Below, in pieces: positions 1-11,493 of a DNA stretch of 64,000 bases (position 1 is the first letter of the stretch; every line of letters starts with the position of its first letter). This DNA is from Bacteroidaceae bacterium (GTDB lineage Bacteria > Bacteroidota > Bacteroidia > Bacteroidales > Barnesiellaceae_A). Location of the stretch: positions 7,601 to 71,600 of the forward strand of contig JAFXJY010000013.1 of assembly GCA_017531985.1 (NCBI GenBank), given 5' to 3'. The notes under the pieces are model-generated. The model worked only from the letters and a program-made list of their open reading frames with translations, had not been told where the DNA came from and ran no database searches. The translations under genes were made by a program, and so were the position numbers.

Positions 1-235
1 GCTCAATGCACTACACAACAATCTGATGCAAGACTTTCGTCGAGCCTACCCATCATTCCAAGAAAAAGATTATCAACTCTATGCCTACTTGGCAGCCCAC
101 TTTTCGTCTACCACTATTGCCGTACTGCTGGGCAAAGAAAAATCGGTCATATACAACCGTATATCACGACTTAAACGCAGTATCAAAGAGAACAATAAGC
201 AGGAGTGTGAGCGATTTCTATCTATATTGCAATAA
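1..235 (+). CDS. C-terminal fragment of a regulator with a LuxR/sigma-70-region-4-like helix-turn-helix (5' end lies outside the window)
   Basis: The frame is open from base 2, with no stop before the first ATG at 26. The tail AHFSSTTIAVLLGKEKSVIYNRISRLKRSI resembles a LuxR-type HTH. Family assigned from motif memory only. Confidence 0.4.
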   Translation, partial: LNALHNNLMQDFRRAYPSFQEKDYQLYAYLAAHFSSTTIAVLLGKEKSVIYNRISRLKRSIKENNKQECERFLSILQ

Positions 236-249
236 TCACACACTATCGA

Positions 250-2583
250 CTACTCGACCGGGGCATTTAATCCATCTGTGACAACTGCCTCGGTCGCGTT
301 ATTTTCATCGTTGAGGTCATCCTGAGTCGGATGTTCTCCTACAACCGACATCTCCACCTTATAGCGAGTCTTACCCGATGAACCTATCACCTCGTCACGC
401 GATGGCGACACTATCTGTAATGTACCCTCAGGCATATTCAAGGCTCTACACCATTGCATCGTCATACCACGGTCACGCATCTCGACATTACGCATGAGCT
501 TATCCAAGGCAGTAGCTCCGTACAAGCGGTGCATCTTATCACTGAGTGAGCCCTCGACCGAAAGACCGCGAGCCACCAACAGCGAGTCGGCAAACTGCAT
601 AACAGCCTCACCCTTCAACGCAAGTTTTCGATAGGCATCGACATCTACCATATTGAGCGATGCAGCTCTTTCGGGGTTCATTGACAGATAATATTCGCGA
701 CGGAAATCATTCTCTACGATGGCTTGAATACCCTTTTCGTAATTTACCTCATGGATAAGACGCAAAGCCAACTCGGGCTTCTCGGCTATCACCCTCGATA
801 GTTTCTCTATCTTATCATACTGCTCAGGGGTAAATTGATGTTGCCATGCATCAAATTCTATCTCTTTCACCTCATCACTACTCAGACCCAATGCACCTGC
901 CAATAGGTCAAAGGGTGCAGCTGCTATCTTAACAAGCACATTGACCAAGGCTTGTACAATAATCTTACCATAGGAGAAATGGGGTGAATGAATATTGCCC
1001 GACACAGGAAGGTCTATATCGGCCTTCCCCTGACGGTCGGTCAGTACAACGATAGCCAGTTTTAGGGGTATCATACCATATTCGGCATCTATATCACTGC
1101 GTTTCTTATCGAGCGTAGGATGATACATAGACAACTTATTGGCACCCTTCAACTCACCATTCGAGATAATGTTCTGTCCGGTAAACGACAATTTACCATC
1201 GGTAATGGGATAGCCAAAGAATGACAATGAGTAGGGCGAAACATCTTTCAGATTGAAGTTATTAAGCGATATCATCAAGTCGTGTTCTTGTGTTTCGATA
1301 TTACCATCCCACTTGATACGCAAAGCACCTGTTTCTTGCAGTACCGAGAAGAGTTCGATACTATTCTGTCCCTGCATAGTAAAGTCGGGGGATTTAAATC
1401 TTATCTTACTCAGTCGCATCGTAAACGGCTCGGGCAGAGTATGATCGGTATATGTAAAGTTGCTGTTTTTCAGTTGCAAGTCGGTTATTGTCAAGTCAAG
1501 ACGCGGAGCTTCCTCCGTTTGTATCGTATCACTCGCTACTGCCGGCTCTACATCGACCTCCGTTGAAGGTTCATTACCCGAAGATGTCGACATCAATGAT
1601 GTAAAATTGTTGGTACCATCCTTATACACTTCAAATTGTGTCACCAATTCATCAACGGACAACTCTCGAAGTCTTATAACATAATCTTTTGCCACATTGA
1701 TATGTTCAATATCGGTCTTAAACTCTTTAAGCGAAAGCAACTGTACCCCCTCCACATCGTGTACGACAACACTATCCAACTTAATCGCTCCATCAAAGTC
1801 CGATGCCATGATATTCTCCACATTACCTTTGGCATGTAGGTCAACAGCCAACTTTCCTCGCACATCGCCCACATTAACCATGCCTTCCATAAAGGGCATC
1901 AATACGCCTAATGGATAGTCTGTTATGCGGCAATTCATATCATAATCCATCAATTGCTGGTCATACATAGCCTTCAATTCAAGATGACCTCCACGGGCAA
2001 AATCGAGATACAATTGTGCATCTGTTCCACTACCCGACAAGTCGATTTCAGGAATGTTCAGCTTTATGTGGTTCATTATCCAGTCAATATGCAATACATC
2101 ATCGGCATATCGTATCACTCCATTATCCAGCCCTATGTTACGCAACACAATACGCCAGTCACTCGGTGTCGTATCATTCTCGGCATTGCCTGAGGCTTTA
2201 TTGGCAAAGAACGTCAACATATCATCAAAATTCAACCCATTACCTTCTCGCAAGATTGTGGCATGAGGTGTAACGATATTGATAGAGTCGACTTCGATAC
2301 TCTTTCGCAATATACCCCACACTCGCATATCGGCATCGAGGTGTTCTATGGAGACAAACGTATCGACATCATTGGCCTCATATAGTACAAAATTATCCAC
2401 ATCAAGTCTACCCAACAACAACTTGATGTTGACATTCTCTACTGTAATACGACGTCCTACCAACTCTTTACTATGCTCCTCAATATACCATCGGGCAATG
2501 GGCGATATAATAAATGATAGTATCAATAACAATACAACTATAACGGCAACTATACAAAGTGTGATTTTGATTCCTCTTTTCAT
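250..2583 (-). CDS. DUF748/AsmA-like large envelope protein
   Basis: 777-aa ORF with one N-terminal TM helix. The N-terminal repeat region (VENVNIKLLLGRLDVDNFVLYE...) is typical of AsmA/DUF748 proteins. It lies directly downstream of the TAM genes on the same strand. Confidence 0.65.
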   Translation of the reverse strand: MKRGIKITLCIVAVIVVLLLILSFIISPIARWYIEEHSKELVGRRITVENVNIKLLLGRLDVDNFVLYEANDVDTFVSIEHLDADMRVWGILRKSIEVDSINIVTPHATILREGNGLNFDDMLTFFANKASGNAENDTTPSDWRIVLRNIGLDNGVIRYADDVLHIDWIMNHIKLNIPEIDLSGSGTDAQLYLDFARGGHLELKAMYDQQLMDYDMNCRITDYPLGVLMPFMEGMVNVGDVRGKLAVDLHAKGNVENIMASDFDGAIKLDSVVVHDVEGVQLLSLKEFKTDIEHINVAKDYVIRLRELSVDELVTQFEVYKDGTNNFTSLMSTSSGNEPSTEVDVEPAVASDTIQTEEAPRLDLTITDLQLKNSNFTYTDHTLPEPFTMRLSKIRFKSPDFTMQGQNSIELFSVLQETGALRIKWDGNIETQEHDLMISLNNFNLKDVSPYSLSFFGYPITDGKLSFTGQNIISNGELKGANKLSMYHPTLDKKRSDIDAEYGMIPLKLAIVVLTDRQGKADIDLPVSGNIHSPHFSYGKIIVQALVNVLVKIAAAPFDLLAGALGLSSDEVKEIEFDAWQHQFTPEQYDKIEKLSRVIAEKPELALRLIHEVNYEKGIQAIVENDFRREYYLSMNPERAASLNMVDVDAYRKLALKGEAVMQFADSLLVARGLSVEGSLSDKMHRLYGATALDKLMRNVEMRDRGMTMQWCRALNMPEGTLQIVSPSRDEVIGSSGKTRYKVEMSVVGEHPTQDDLNDENNATEAVVTDGLNAPVE

Positions 2584-2621
2584 TGTGTATGCTATGTATA
2601 ATAGAGATTTTAATATTTATG

Positions 2622-2730
2622 CCAACTTCTATAATTTGCACCGACCTATCATTCATTTGCCATCTGGGATATTTCTTTTGTTCACTTTAACCTATTGGCA
2701 ATCAATCGGAATCGATTTATAGAAGTTTCC
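2622..2730. repeat. Intergenic inverted pair of the AACTTCTATAA motif family
   Basis: gccAACTTCTATAAt at 2622-2634 and TTATAGAAGTTtcc at 2717-2730. The 11-nt cores are perfect reverse complements. Confidence 0.5.
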
Positions 2731-2852
2731 TTACAAAAAATTTGTGTAAAGTTAACAACTTTATTTGATTAAGATATTGCTATCAACTATAATTAACTAT
2801 TACCGTCATTCAAAAAAAATTCAGATAATTCTACTCTCCATCCGTTCCCTTA

Positions 2853-5168
2853 TCAGAAGGGGTATCCTATGGCCAGATGAAGACGAAGGTTTTTCCAGAA
2901 AGAACCATCTATATTATAATAGCCGGAAATACCCGTATCATAAGGGGCATGAATGGGAACACCCACATCGACACGCACAACAAGATAACCGGCAATATCA
3001 TAACGAAGACCTATGCCGGTACCCAAAGCAATATCTCTACCCAGCGAACGAAGCGTGAGCTTCCCTCCGGGACGAAGTGTATCATCTTTCAGCAACCATA
3101 TATTTCCGGCATCGACAAACGCGGCTCCTTGCAAGCCTCCCCAGATGGGGAAACGCAACTCGACATTGGCCTCAAACTTAAAATTTCCCGTTTGATCAAA
3201 GTAACCATTCTCGTCCGAAGCATCAGGACGGTAGCTTCCCGGACCTATCGAGCGAATAGTAAAAGCTCGTATGCTATTGGCTCCACCTATATAAAATTGT
3301 TCGCTATATGGCATCTCTGTCGCATTGCCATAGGCATATCCGGCTCCTAAATAGAGACGCGAGGCGATACTCATGTTGTGTGAAAAATAGTGATAATATT
3401 TTACCTCATTGGTAAGTTTTACAAATTGAGAAAACGGATTCCCGAATATTTTTTTCTCGCTCTTCACCCCACACAACGAATATATTCCATAGAAAATATT
3501 ACCTGCTTCCGAGGCACTTATCTGCCATATCCAGCGATTGTTGCGTTCCTTTTCATATCCGTTATCGTAGGTAAATGTGTACCCTATCATAGGGATGAAT
3601 TGGTCGCGAAAACTCAATGCAATAGCAGGATTTTCCTCCAAAGTCTTATCAAAGTCCTCGGTAGTATGCAACATCTTGGTATACCCCAACTTGAAAGGTG
3701 TAAAGTTGTGCAATGCCGTCGACGAAGTGTGAAATTCGTAGGCGAAAGATGTGTTGAACGAGACCATCCGGAAATAGTGAGGTCGGTTCATGATATTAGC
3801 CCCTAACTGGATACGGGTATTGGATTTCATTCGTCGTAAATGTCGACGTGGACGAGGTCCCAACAAACGAGGGAATGTAAGTGTTCCCGTGGCTCCAAAT
3901 TCGTATGAATTAAACAATGAGGCGTCGCTATTTTTTCCCGTCTGCCATTCATAACTACCGTTGAGCATAACAGATAATTGCTCGCCTCCGCCAAACAGAT
4001 TATTATGAGATATTCCCACTATAAGTCCCGGTCCTATATAACTATTAGACTTCGAGGCAACATTGGCTTCGACCATAAATCCAATAGGCAGTGCATATCT
4101 CAAATCAATATCCACGTCAATCGAATCGCGACCTTGCAACGAGTCGAGCGGGGTGACATCCATTACCATCGATCTATATATACCTAACGATGACAAGTTC
4201 TGCAATGATAAGTTTTGAGCCGATAACGAAAAGGTACGACCGGGACGCAAGGTTATATTACCGGGAAGGAGTCCTCGGCGTATTTTCAAGCCTTCATATC
4301 CACACACATCCATAAACCGATAGGGCAACGTATCGACCGGAGCTTCACCCTCGGGCGGATGCAAACGAACGGTTATCTTTCCGGTCTTGTAACTTCGCAA
4401 TGCATCGGTCGGTGCTGTGGGTGCTATCATCATCCGCAGGTCAACATATCCACTATTACGCATCGTATCTGCTTGATACAAAAGATATTCACTGCGAAAA
4501 TAGTAAAAGCCACTATCTCGCAGCAAGGCAGTAATTCGCTCTCGCTCGGCCACCAACGTATCGGCACAATAACGCTGTCCTTTATACAGCAGTGATTTAT
4601 CACGATGACGCTGTATCATATCGGACAAGGGAGTTGAGTCATTAGGAAAGGATATACTATCGAGCAGGTAGGGCTTGCCTGCCACAACATGGTAACTTAC
4701 AGAAGCCTTCTTGACATCTTTTTCATCATAATTAATATTATAATGAGCCGACGAACTGAAATATCCATTGTTAAATAATATATCCTTGGCCATGCCCACA
4801 CGCAAGTCGGGTCGAACAGTCTGTATCAACACCGGTTCCTTGGCAAAAATACCGTACAACCATCCTTTAACACTCTTGGGATTGGTCGTATACAGGTAAT
4901 TCCATGCCCACAGTTCCGTAGGTATGAATCGGAGGGAATTGGACGAAAATAATGCATTGTTGGGTGGCACTGAAAGACTTTTCTTCACCATGCTCTTTAC
5001 CTCGGGCTGCAATTTTTCTCCATCGATACTCTCTATCTTCATCTCCTTCACACCGGTATATAGAGTCTCGCCATCGCCCAGTCGTCGGGTTGTCGAACAA
5101 GAAATTGATACAACAGCCATCACAATAGCGACAGAAATTGACATGATTCTATATATTAGCCTTCTCAT
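2853..5168 (-). CDS. tamL: Omp85-family outer membrane protein, TamA/TamL-like (lipoprotein variant)
   Basis: 771 aa. The signal peptide ends in the lipobox VVSISC. The C-terminal Omp85 barrel ends in ...LHLAIGYPF. It overlaps the upstream tamB by 4 nt. Confidence 0.8.
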   Translation of the reverse strand: MRRLIYRIMSISVAIVMAVVSISCSTTRRLGDGETLYTGVKEMKIESIDGEKLQPEVKSMVKKSLSVPPNNALFSSNSLRFIPTELWAWNYLYTTNPKSVKGWLYGIFAKEPVLIQTVRPDLRVGMAKDILFNNGYFSSSAHYNINYDEKDVKKASVSYHVVAGKPYLLDSISFPNDSTPLSDMIQRHRDKSLLYKGQRYCADTLVAERERITALLRDSGFYYFRSEYLLYQADTMRNSGYVDLRMMIAPTAPTDALRSYKTGKITVRLHPPEGEAPVDTLPYRFMDVCGYEGLKIRRGLLPGNITLRPGRTFSLSAQNLSLQNLSSLGIYRSMVMDVTPLDSLQGRDSIDVDIDLRYALPIGFMVEANVASKSNSYIGPGLIVGISHNNLFGGGEQLSVMLNGSYEWQTGKNSDASLFNSYEFGATGTLTFPRLLGPRPRRHLRRMKSNTRIQLGANIMNRPHYFRMVSFNTSFAYEFHTSSTALHNFTPFKLGYTKMLHTTEDFDKTLEENPAIALSFRDQFIPMIGYTFTYDNGYEKERNNRWIWQISASEAGNIFYGIYSLCGVKSEKKIFGNPFSQFVKLTNEVKYYHYFSHNMSIASRLYLGAGYAYGNATEMPYSEQFYIGGANSIRAFTIRSIGPGSYRPDASDENGYFDQTGNFKFEANVELRFPIWGGLQGAAFVDAGNIWLLKDDTLRPGGKLTLRSLGRDIALGTGIGLRYDIAGYLVVRVDVGVPIHAPYDTGISGYYNIDGSFWKNLRLHLAIGYPF

Positions 5169-8100
5169 TCCTGCTCCTCCTTTACATCTTGCTCCTCAGT
5201 CGGTATCGCATTTATTACCCCATCGGTCGGTTGCGATGGTCTGTTTTCTTCTTTGGTCATAGGTCGCTTACGGAATAAGTCTAATAGCGATCCCACCTGT
5301 TTGCGATAAAGAAATCCGGCACCGGTCTGCGTAATTTCTCCCTCTATTATGCTTTCGTAGCCGGTCTGACGAAATACCTTTATATACATATTATCACGCT
5401 TGGTAAGACGATATTCCAACGATATATCATCAATCAAATTTTCTTTAAGATTTTGTGTTACATCCTGATTGGATGCATAACTACCTCCTACAACAACCTT
5501 CAACCTATTATCCAACAAGCTCTTAGAAAACTGATAGGAATAGTCGGTGCGTTGTGTTCCTGTACCATCGATACCATAATTATCTATTCCGAACGTAAGA
5601 TCGACACCGCGAAGAGTTCGTTGAGCCCAAGTATTCAACTCATATTCAAGAAACGTATTCAGCGGGTTATTTATCAACGAATTTTCGGCTGCCGAGGCTA
5701 AATTGTCGTATGAATTATACAAGAACATGTTCATTGCCTTCACCTCACGTTGTTCGGCCGTAAGACCCTGCAATTCGTTCTCAATAACAAGATCATCGGT
5801 GGTGGCAAGGTCAAAGGATATATCCATGTCCTTCAACGTATTAGATATCATAATGGAGACATCAAAGTCGACCAATCGCGAATCCTCTCCACTCTTCACC
5901 GTCGACCTCTGCGACTGTACTGCCTTAATGTTGAATGTTGGGTCGGCAATATTACCATTCCATGACACATAGCTGCCATCTTCGATATTAAATATCTTCT
6001 GTGAAATAAACGGTGGGGTATATCGCACAAATCCGCCTGTAAGCGTATAACGACCTGTCATCCGATTATCGCCCATAGCTGTCGAGGTGTACAACAGATT
6101 ACCACCACCCACCAAGTCGATACGATTACTTCCATCGAGTGAGAGATTAACACCAAGTTGTACGCCCTGATCTATGTCTATATCTACATTGGCCACCAAG
6201 TTGGCTCGACGTTGAGTATCCGACTCGGTATCAAGCATAGAGGTTGTATCGGAGAAAGTTACAAAACTTACCATTTCGGAATAATCGGTACTCGACAACG
6301 AACGATTACTCTGCATGACATAAGTGGCATTGGTACCCGACAGCAATGAAACATTGCCACTTACATTCAGATTGGCAAGTGTACCTCTCACCCGGGCATC
6401 CACATCTGTGTAGACTGTGCCATATATGATACCGGTACGATTTTCTGCTATATGAATAGGCTGAAAATTCCGAGCTTTAAAATCGAGGTTTATACCCACA
6501 TTGGTCAAACGTGAAAAGTCAATCACACCATCTATATTCAACGGTACATTGTTGGCACCTCTTATACCATATTGTAAAAAGGAGAGGCGACTATTCTTGA
6601 CAGGTATCTCGGTATTGTCAAGTGTAAGTGTGGCTCCTATCTTATCAAATGAGGTTGTTGCATCATCAAATCTTATAAAACCATTAATCGTCGGAGATGA
6701 CAGATGACCGGTAAGTGAGAGACGGCTATTCAGTTCTCCTGAAAATTTACCCATGTCATGGGGGAAAAATGCATTGGCTGCCTCTAACGGAAATTCGCTG
6801 ATAGTAATACTACCATTAATGCCGGGAGTCGGTTGTTGGTCGAGATATGCTACTACATCCAGCACATTATTTCCATCACGCAAGAGTGTTGCCCTTATAT
6901 TGTTTCCTCCTCGTGGCTCGATACTATAATCGACATCGGCATGAAATGTACCCACACGTCGATTATTGTACACATAGTCTATTACATCGAGCGTACCCGC
7001 AGCCTCTACGCCCTCCTCGGGCATATCAATATATACATTGGCCGACAGCAGTCCCGACATAGGTGTAACCAATGGCGACACCACAACCCAGTCGGCTATT
7101 TTAATATCTTGCATATCGATGTGTACTCCGTCGACATCTTTGTTGCGACGTTCCTCTGTCGAAACATATATGTGACTGTTTTCATACGACAATCGCACAT
7201 CGGCCAGTATGTCTCGTTGAGAATGAACATAAGTGAGAAAATTATCACTATTAAGCATCCATCGCTTATATCCAATGATGGGTTCCTGTGGTCCAAAAGT
7301 CAACCTGACTGTATCGGACTTAAAATCGACCTTACATCCAAACAAAAAACCGACATCGTCCTTGCGATTGCGTTGCAGGCAATACAATCTCGTGCTATTG
7401 CCCGATAGAAAACCTTCGACTCGCACATGAGCAAATTCATCCATGTTGCCGGGTCGATTAATCATAGCCAGACTATAATTCAACCTTGCATCCTTTTCAT
7501 GTGCATCAAACGTAATGGTATCCATCAACAAGCCCGATACCTCCATCCGATGTACATACGATGATATATTGAAAAGGGTATCATTCGACACATTACACTT
7601 TACATTGCCCACTCGGATGCCTATACTATTGAGATACTGTTGCAGAATATTATTACCGCTCAATCCTGCTGTAAACTCAAATGGCGGCAGTCCATGATGC
7701 AACTCATCCATGTTGAGACGCTGTTTCTGGAATATTGTATCGACAAACTGTGTGAGACGCTCCATGCCGGGTCGCAATTGTGTCAAGCCCACATCCGACG
7801 ACAGATTGACATCCATGTCGCCTGTACGCAGGTCAAGATAACTATATGTAATATCACTGGCCGCAATCAGTGTGATAGGTTGTGCATAGTAACGATGTTC
7901 ACCTATCCCCAGTAACAGGTCGTTTATCTCCACATCGGCTTGAACAATACTATCGATATTGGATAATACAACCTCGGCAACAATCTGCCCCGACACATCG
8001 AAAGGCTGTCGCATGAAATGCATGGCTGCCAAGTCGAGCTTTCCTATATTCCCATTAAGCCTCATCGACAAAAAATCCTTTTGATACTCACCATGCATCG

Positions 8101-9955
8101 ACACATCGACATGAGAAGAGGGCTGCCCACTGCGTAGCGAAGCCGCCCAATGTTGATCGGCTACATGAGCCATCACATCGACTCCACTATATAGATAGTT
8201 CTTATACTGCAACGTGTCGACCACGAGTTGAGCATCCAACATAAGAGCGGGATTCTCAATCGAAAAATACTGCCCCGAGAGGTTGAGTCGAGCCGATAAT
8301 AACCCTATCGAATCATTCGGCAGAAATTTATCAATAGGAAGATTTTGCACACTTGCTTGTGCTTCGTAACGCTCTTGCCGGGCATCATAAGCTACGGTCA
8401 TATCGACTGTACCTTCTTGCGTAGAAAGATGTGCAACTCCATTCAAGTCGCTCCCCGCCAACTGAGCATTTACATCTAATTCGATGGGGTGCATCACGAT
8501 GCGTTGCAAAAAGGAGGTATCGGGTATATAATTGGCAAGTGTTATATTGTCGGTAACTCCCAATCGACAAGACAACTCAACCACTCTACGATTCATATCG
8601 AACGGCATAGCCACAACTCCACTACCATCGAGCGTGAACACATCTTCTTGACCAATGCTTAACTCTTTCAATTTTATATCGTTAGCCATTCCTTCAATAG
8701 CTATTCGAGCCGAGAAACCATCACTACCATTTCGTGGCCGGATACTATCAGGATGTCCAATATACAACTGGGAAGCGTCGGGATAAATGCAAGCTATATC
8801 ACTGCACGATATAAATGCATCAGACGTCAAAGACACAAGAGCATCGGGGTTTTGATTGATTAGACTCATATCCACACCGGCATCGATATGCACTTGGCTC
8901 GACGTTGTAGCCAACGTAAAATCTCGCAATGCCACGTACCCACTATCATTCACATCCAGTTCACCATGTGCATCCTTGATACTCAGTCCCGAGCGTTCTT
9001 GCATCGAAAGTTTATCGAGAGTCAGTTGCAATGCACTACCTCTATTGAAAATATTACTCAACGACACATCCATATTTTCGACAACGATGTGTGAGAAATC
9101 GAGTCCCATGCCGGGCAAAGAATCGGATGTAATATAGGCAACTTGATTGTCCGACAAATCAACGTTCGCAAGTTGCACCACCCATGGCTGGGAAACGATA
9201 GTATCGGAACGAGAGTTGCTTCCATATTCAGCAACTTGTCGGTTGCGTGATACATACCGATATTCGCCATTTTCAATCTTCACTCGTTCTATGGCAACCT
9301 CCTGTCGCAATAAGGAGATGTCGCCCGACACCAATCGAGCCAGAGGGATAGTTACTTGCAATGTATCCATCACAGGAGGCATATACATAGAGTAATCGAC
9401 ATTCGACAGACGCATTTCTCCCACTTTTACATCCCAATCGATAGGTGTAGTTTCCTCAACTATTGTATCGGGATGAGCAATGTATTGAACCGCGATACGG
9501 GCTTCGTCAAGCGATATTCGATCTAAGCTAACTTCCTGCTCATTGAGTTTAACATTTCCACCTTTCAAGGTCACATTTCCCACATGGGCTTGCAACTGCA
9601 ACGTCGAATCGGGAGCCACGAAGTCCAACGCTACATCATCGAGATAAATACTACGAACGATTATAACTTTACGCAACAATGGGAATAGGGCAACATCAAG
9701 ACTCAACTCTTCGGTCACAAGCACCGTATCATTCTGCATCACAGCCACCACATCGTGCAGCCCCATTCGCAAGGGATATTGAAGAGAAAACGAACCCACT
9801 GACAACTGTATGGGAGTATTTTCCGACACCCACTCTTCGGCATACCTACATGCCCAGCGTTGCAGCGGTGGTACATATATAACCATTGGCAATAACAATA
9901 TCATCGCAATCAGAATCACGACACATCGTACAATATTTCTCTGCCAACGCTTCAT
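5165..9955 (-). CDS. tamB: Translocation and assembly module protein TamB
   Basis: 1596 aa with an N-terminal TM anchor, a very long beta-rich body and a C-terminal DUF490-like region. It is translationally coupled to the Omp85 gene. Confidence 0.85.
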   Translation of the reverse strand: MKRWQRNIVRCVVILIAMILLLPMVIYVPPLQRWACRYAEEWVSENTPIQLSVGSFSLQYPLRMGLHDVVAVMQNDTVLVTEELSLDVALFPLLRKVIIVRSIYLDDVALDFVAPDSTLQLQAHVGNVTLKGGNVKLNEQEVSLDRISLDEARIAVQYIAHPDTIVEETTPIDWDVKVGEMRLSNVDYSMYMPPVMDTLQVTIPLARLVSGDISLLRQEVAIERVKIENGEYRYVSRNRQVAEYGSNSRSDTIVSQPWVVQLANVDLSDNQVAYITSDSLPGMGLDFSHIVVENMDVSLSNIFNRGSALQLTLDKLSMQERSGLSIKDAHGELDVNDSGYVALRDFTLATTSSQVHIDAGVDMSLINQNPDALVSLTSDAFISCSDIACIYPDASQLYIGHPDSIRPRNGSDGFSARIAIEGMANDIKLKELSIGQEDVFTLDGSGVVAMPFDMNRRVVELSCRLGVTDNITLANYIPDTSFLQRIVMHPIELDVNAQLAGSDLNGVAHLSTQEGTVDMTVAYDARQERYEAQASVQNLPIDKFLPNDSIGLLSARLNLSGQYFSIENPALMLDAQLVVDTLQYKNYLYSGVDVMAHVADQHWAASLRSGQPSSHVDVSMHGEYQKDFLSMRLNGNIGKLDLAAMHFMRQPFDVSGQIVAEVVLSNIDSIVQADVEINDLLLGIGEHRYYAQPITLIAASDITYSYLDLRTGDMDVNLSSDVGLTQLRPGMERLTQFVDTIFQKQRLNMDELHHGLPPFEFTAGLSGNNILQQYLNSIGIRVGNVKCNVSNDTLFNISSYVHRMEVSGLLMDTITFDAHEKDARLNYSLAMINRPGNMDEFAHVRVEGFLSGNSTRLYCLQRNRKDDVGFLFGCKVDFKSDTVRLTFGPQEPIIGYKRWMLNSDNFLTYVHSQRDILADVRLSYENSHIYVSTEERRNKDVDGVHIDMQDIKIADWVVVSPLVTPMSGLLSANVYIDMPEEGVEAAGTLDVIDYVYNNRRVGTFHADVDYSIEPRGGNNIRATLLRDGNNVLDVVAYLDQQPTPGINGSITISEFPLEAANAFFPHDMGKFSGELNSRLSLTGHLSSPTINGFIRFDDATTSFDKIGATLTLDNTEIPVKNSRLSFLQYGIRGANNVPLNIDGVIDFSRLTNVGINLDFKARNFQPIHIAENRTGIIYGTVYTDVDARVRGTLANLNVSGNVSLLSGTNATYVMQSNRSLSSTDYSEMVSFVTFSDTTSMLDTESDTQRRANLVANVDIDIDQGVQLGVNLSLDGSNRIDLVGGGNLLYTSTAMGDNRMTGRYTLTGGFVRYTPPFISQKIFNIEDGSYVSWNGNIADPTFNIKAVQSQRSTVKSGEDSRLVDFDVSIMISNTLKDMDISFDLATTDDLVIENELQGLTAEQREVKAMNMFLYNSYDNLASAAENSLINNPLNTFLEYELNTWAQRTLRGVDLTFGIDNYGIDGTGTQRTDYSYQFSKSLLDNRLKVVVGGSYASNQDVTQNLKENLIDDISLEYRLTKRDNMYIKVFRQTGYESIIEGEITQTGAGFLYRKQVGSLLDLFRKRPMTKEENRPSQPTDGVINAIPTEEQDVKEEQE

Positions 9956-10072
9956 ACTCTCTTTTTACTATAATTAACCAGTATGCAAGACTCATTTCAT
10001 CTTATGGGATAAACATACCGACCGCTGTTTTGTTTTAACCAAAGTAGAACCTTTAATTTAGATGGTAAAAAT

Positions 10073-10537
10073 ATGAAAAAAAAGTGGATTATAACACTAT
10101 TATCGGCAATGTTTATATGCACAACAGGTTTTGTACATGCCGACAATCATGAAAAAGAGGTAAAAACCAAGGATTTACCTCACGGTATTCAACAATTTAT
10201 CAATTCTCATTTCTCCGGTACTTCCATCACCCGGGCATGTACTTCGGAGCGAGGCAAGCACAAAATTCAACTTACCAACGGATACGAGGTCGAGTTTGAT
10301 CACAATGGTAAGTGGGACGAAATCGACAACGAATTGCATGCAGCATTACCCTCTTCGGTAATATCATTATTACCCATCACGGCAGTCAATTACATGGCAC
10401 AGAACTACCCCAATCAAGCCATTTACAGCATCGATCGCGAAGATAACGGCTACGAAGTAAAGATACATGGAACTCAGATTCATGAACTCTTCTTCGACCG
10501 CAACGGCAACCTTCTTCGCCACGAAATGGAAGATTAG
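10073..10537 (+). CDS. PepSY-like (putative beta-lactamase-inhibitor-like) secreted protein
   Basis: Signal peptide plus two repeats of the pattern LP..IQQFI..HF...I......YEV.L.NG.E.EFD..G.W.EID. Confidence 0.65.
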   Translation: MKKKWIITLLSAMFICTTGFVHADNHEKEVKTKDLPHGIQQFINSHFSGTSITRACTSERGKHKIQLTNGYEVEFDHNGKWDEIDNELHAALPSSVISLLPITAVNYMAQNYPNQAIYSIDREDNGYEVKIHGTQIHELFFDRNGNLLRHEMED

Positions 10538-10558
10538 TACCCTCCCTTGGTGGAAAGC

Positions 10559-10594
10559 GACGTGTGCAGTTTTTTTCATACACACGTCGTTTTT
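10559..10594 (+). terminator. Rho-independent terminator after the PepSY-like gene
   Basis: GACGTGTG ... CACACGTC forms an 8-bp stem and is followed by GTTTTT. Confidence 0.6.
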
Positions 10595-10600
10595 GTATGT

Positions 10601-10710
10601 AAACTTCTATAATTCAAGTCTTAAAGAGAGCCAAAAAAAACATCAAGCAAACAAAAAGATTGTTTCCCTTAACGAATGAACTATTATCTGCGGAATATAT
10701 AGGAGTTCCC
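10601..10710. repeat. Intergenic inverted pair of the motif family
   Basis: AAACTTCTATAA at 10601-10612 and TATAGGAGTTCCC at 10698-10710. Confidence 0.4.
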
Positions 10711-10728
10711 GTATATTACTTCATAGCA

Positions 10729-11493
10729 TCATTCATGGAATGGCACTCTGACAGGCTCGCTACGCTGAGCAAATATGATACGGCTGCGACAAAGCGTATT
10801 TCCATCGTGACGCAATTCAAGCGAATGATCGCTATCAGTTGTCATCTCTCTATACACATCTATATCGATACCCGGACGAGCCTCGTGAGCATAAGCTATC
10901 TCGAATCGCGTAATGCGATTATTGTCATACCACTCAAAGGGATACTGATTGAGCAGATACTCAACATACCTTGCACTGTTGACATGTCTATTAAGGTCAA
11001 TATCACTATAACGCACCTTGAAAGAATCTATTTTTTCACCATTCTCTACACGCACACGAGTAGGCGGTTCGATGGGACAAGGACGATCGAGGACGAGGCT
11101 TCGCAACTCGTTAAGTTCCTCCATATTGGCTGTACGTCGAGCTTCAAGGTCAAGCACCAACCATATTGTACGCACATATCCACACACCTCTCCCTTACTA
11201 TCGAGAACAGCCATATTACGAGTTGAAAAGCGAGTATTATAATCCTCAATCCACGTCTCCAATGTATAATTCTCGTTAATAGCCGGAAAACGTTTCATCT
11301 CAATAGACAAGCGAGACAGAACCCATGCTGTACGTTTTTCTATCATTTTATCATATCCCACCCCCCACAACTCGGCATGCATCGACGCTACCTTAATGAT
11401 GCGTCCTACTAAAAAGGAGAGCGACATTTCCTGCTGTCCGTTACACTCTCCGGGAGTCAACGTAAAAGTTTTGGTAAATAATTTCTGTTTCAT
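10729..11493 (-). CDS. Acyl-[acyl-carrier-protein] thioesterase
   Basis: 254 aa. The double hot-dog pattern (WVLSRLSIEMKRFP...YTLETWIEDYN; later DIDLNRHVNSARYVEY) is typical of FatA/B-type acyl-ACP thioesterases. Confidence 0.8.
   Translation of the reverse strand: MKQKLFTKTFTLTPGECNGQQEMSLSFLVGRIIKVASMHAELWGVGYDKMIEKRTAWVLSRLSIEMKRFPAINENYTLETWIEDYNTRFSTRNMAVLDSKGEVCGYVRTIWLVLDLEARRTANMEELNELRSLVLDRPCPIEPPTRVRVENGEKIDSFKVRYSDIDLNRHVNSARYVEYLLNQYPFEWYDNNRITRFEIAYAHEARPGIDIDVYREMTTDSDHSLELRHDGNTLCRSRIIFAQRSEPVRVPFHE

Noticed and set aside
5453-9882. Many plus-strand ORFs of 60-190 aa inside tamB (for example 6833-7408).
   Set aside because: They are antisense to a 1596-aa ORF that has clear TamB features. 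They have no -7 boxes and their translations are low-complexity.
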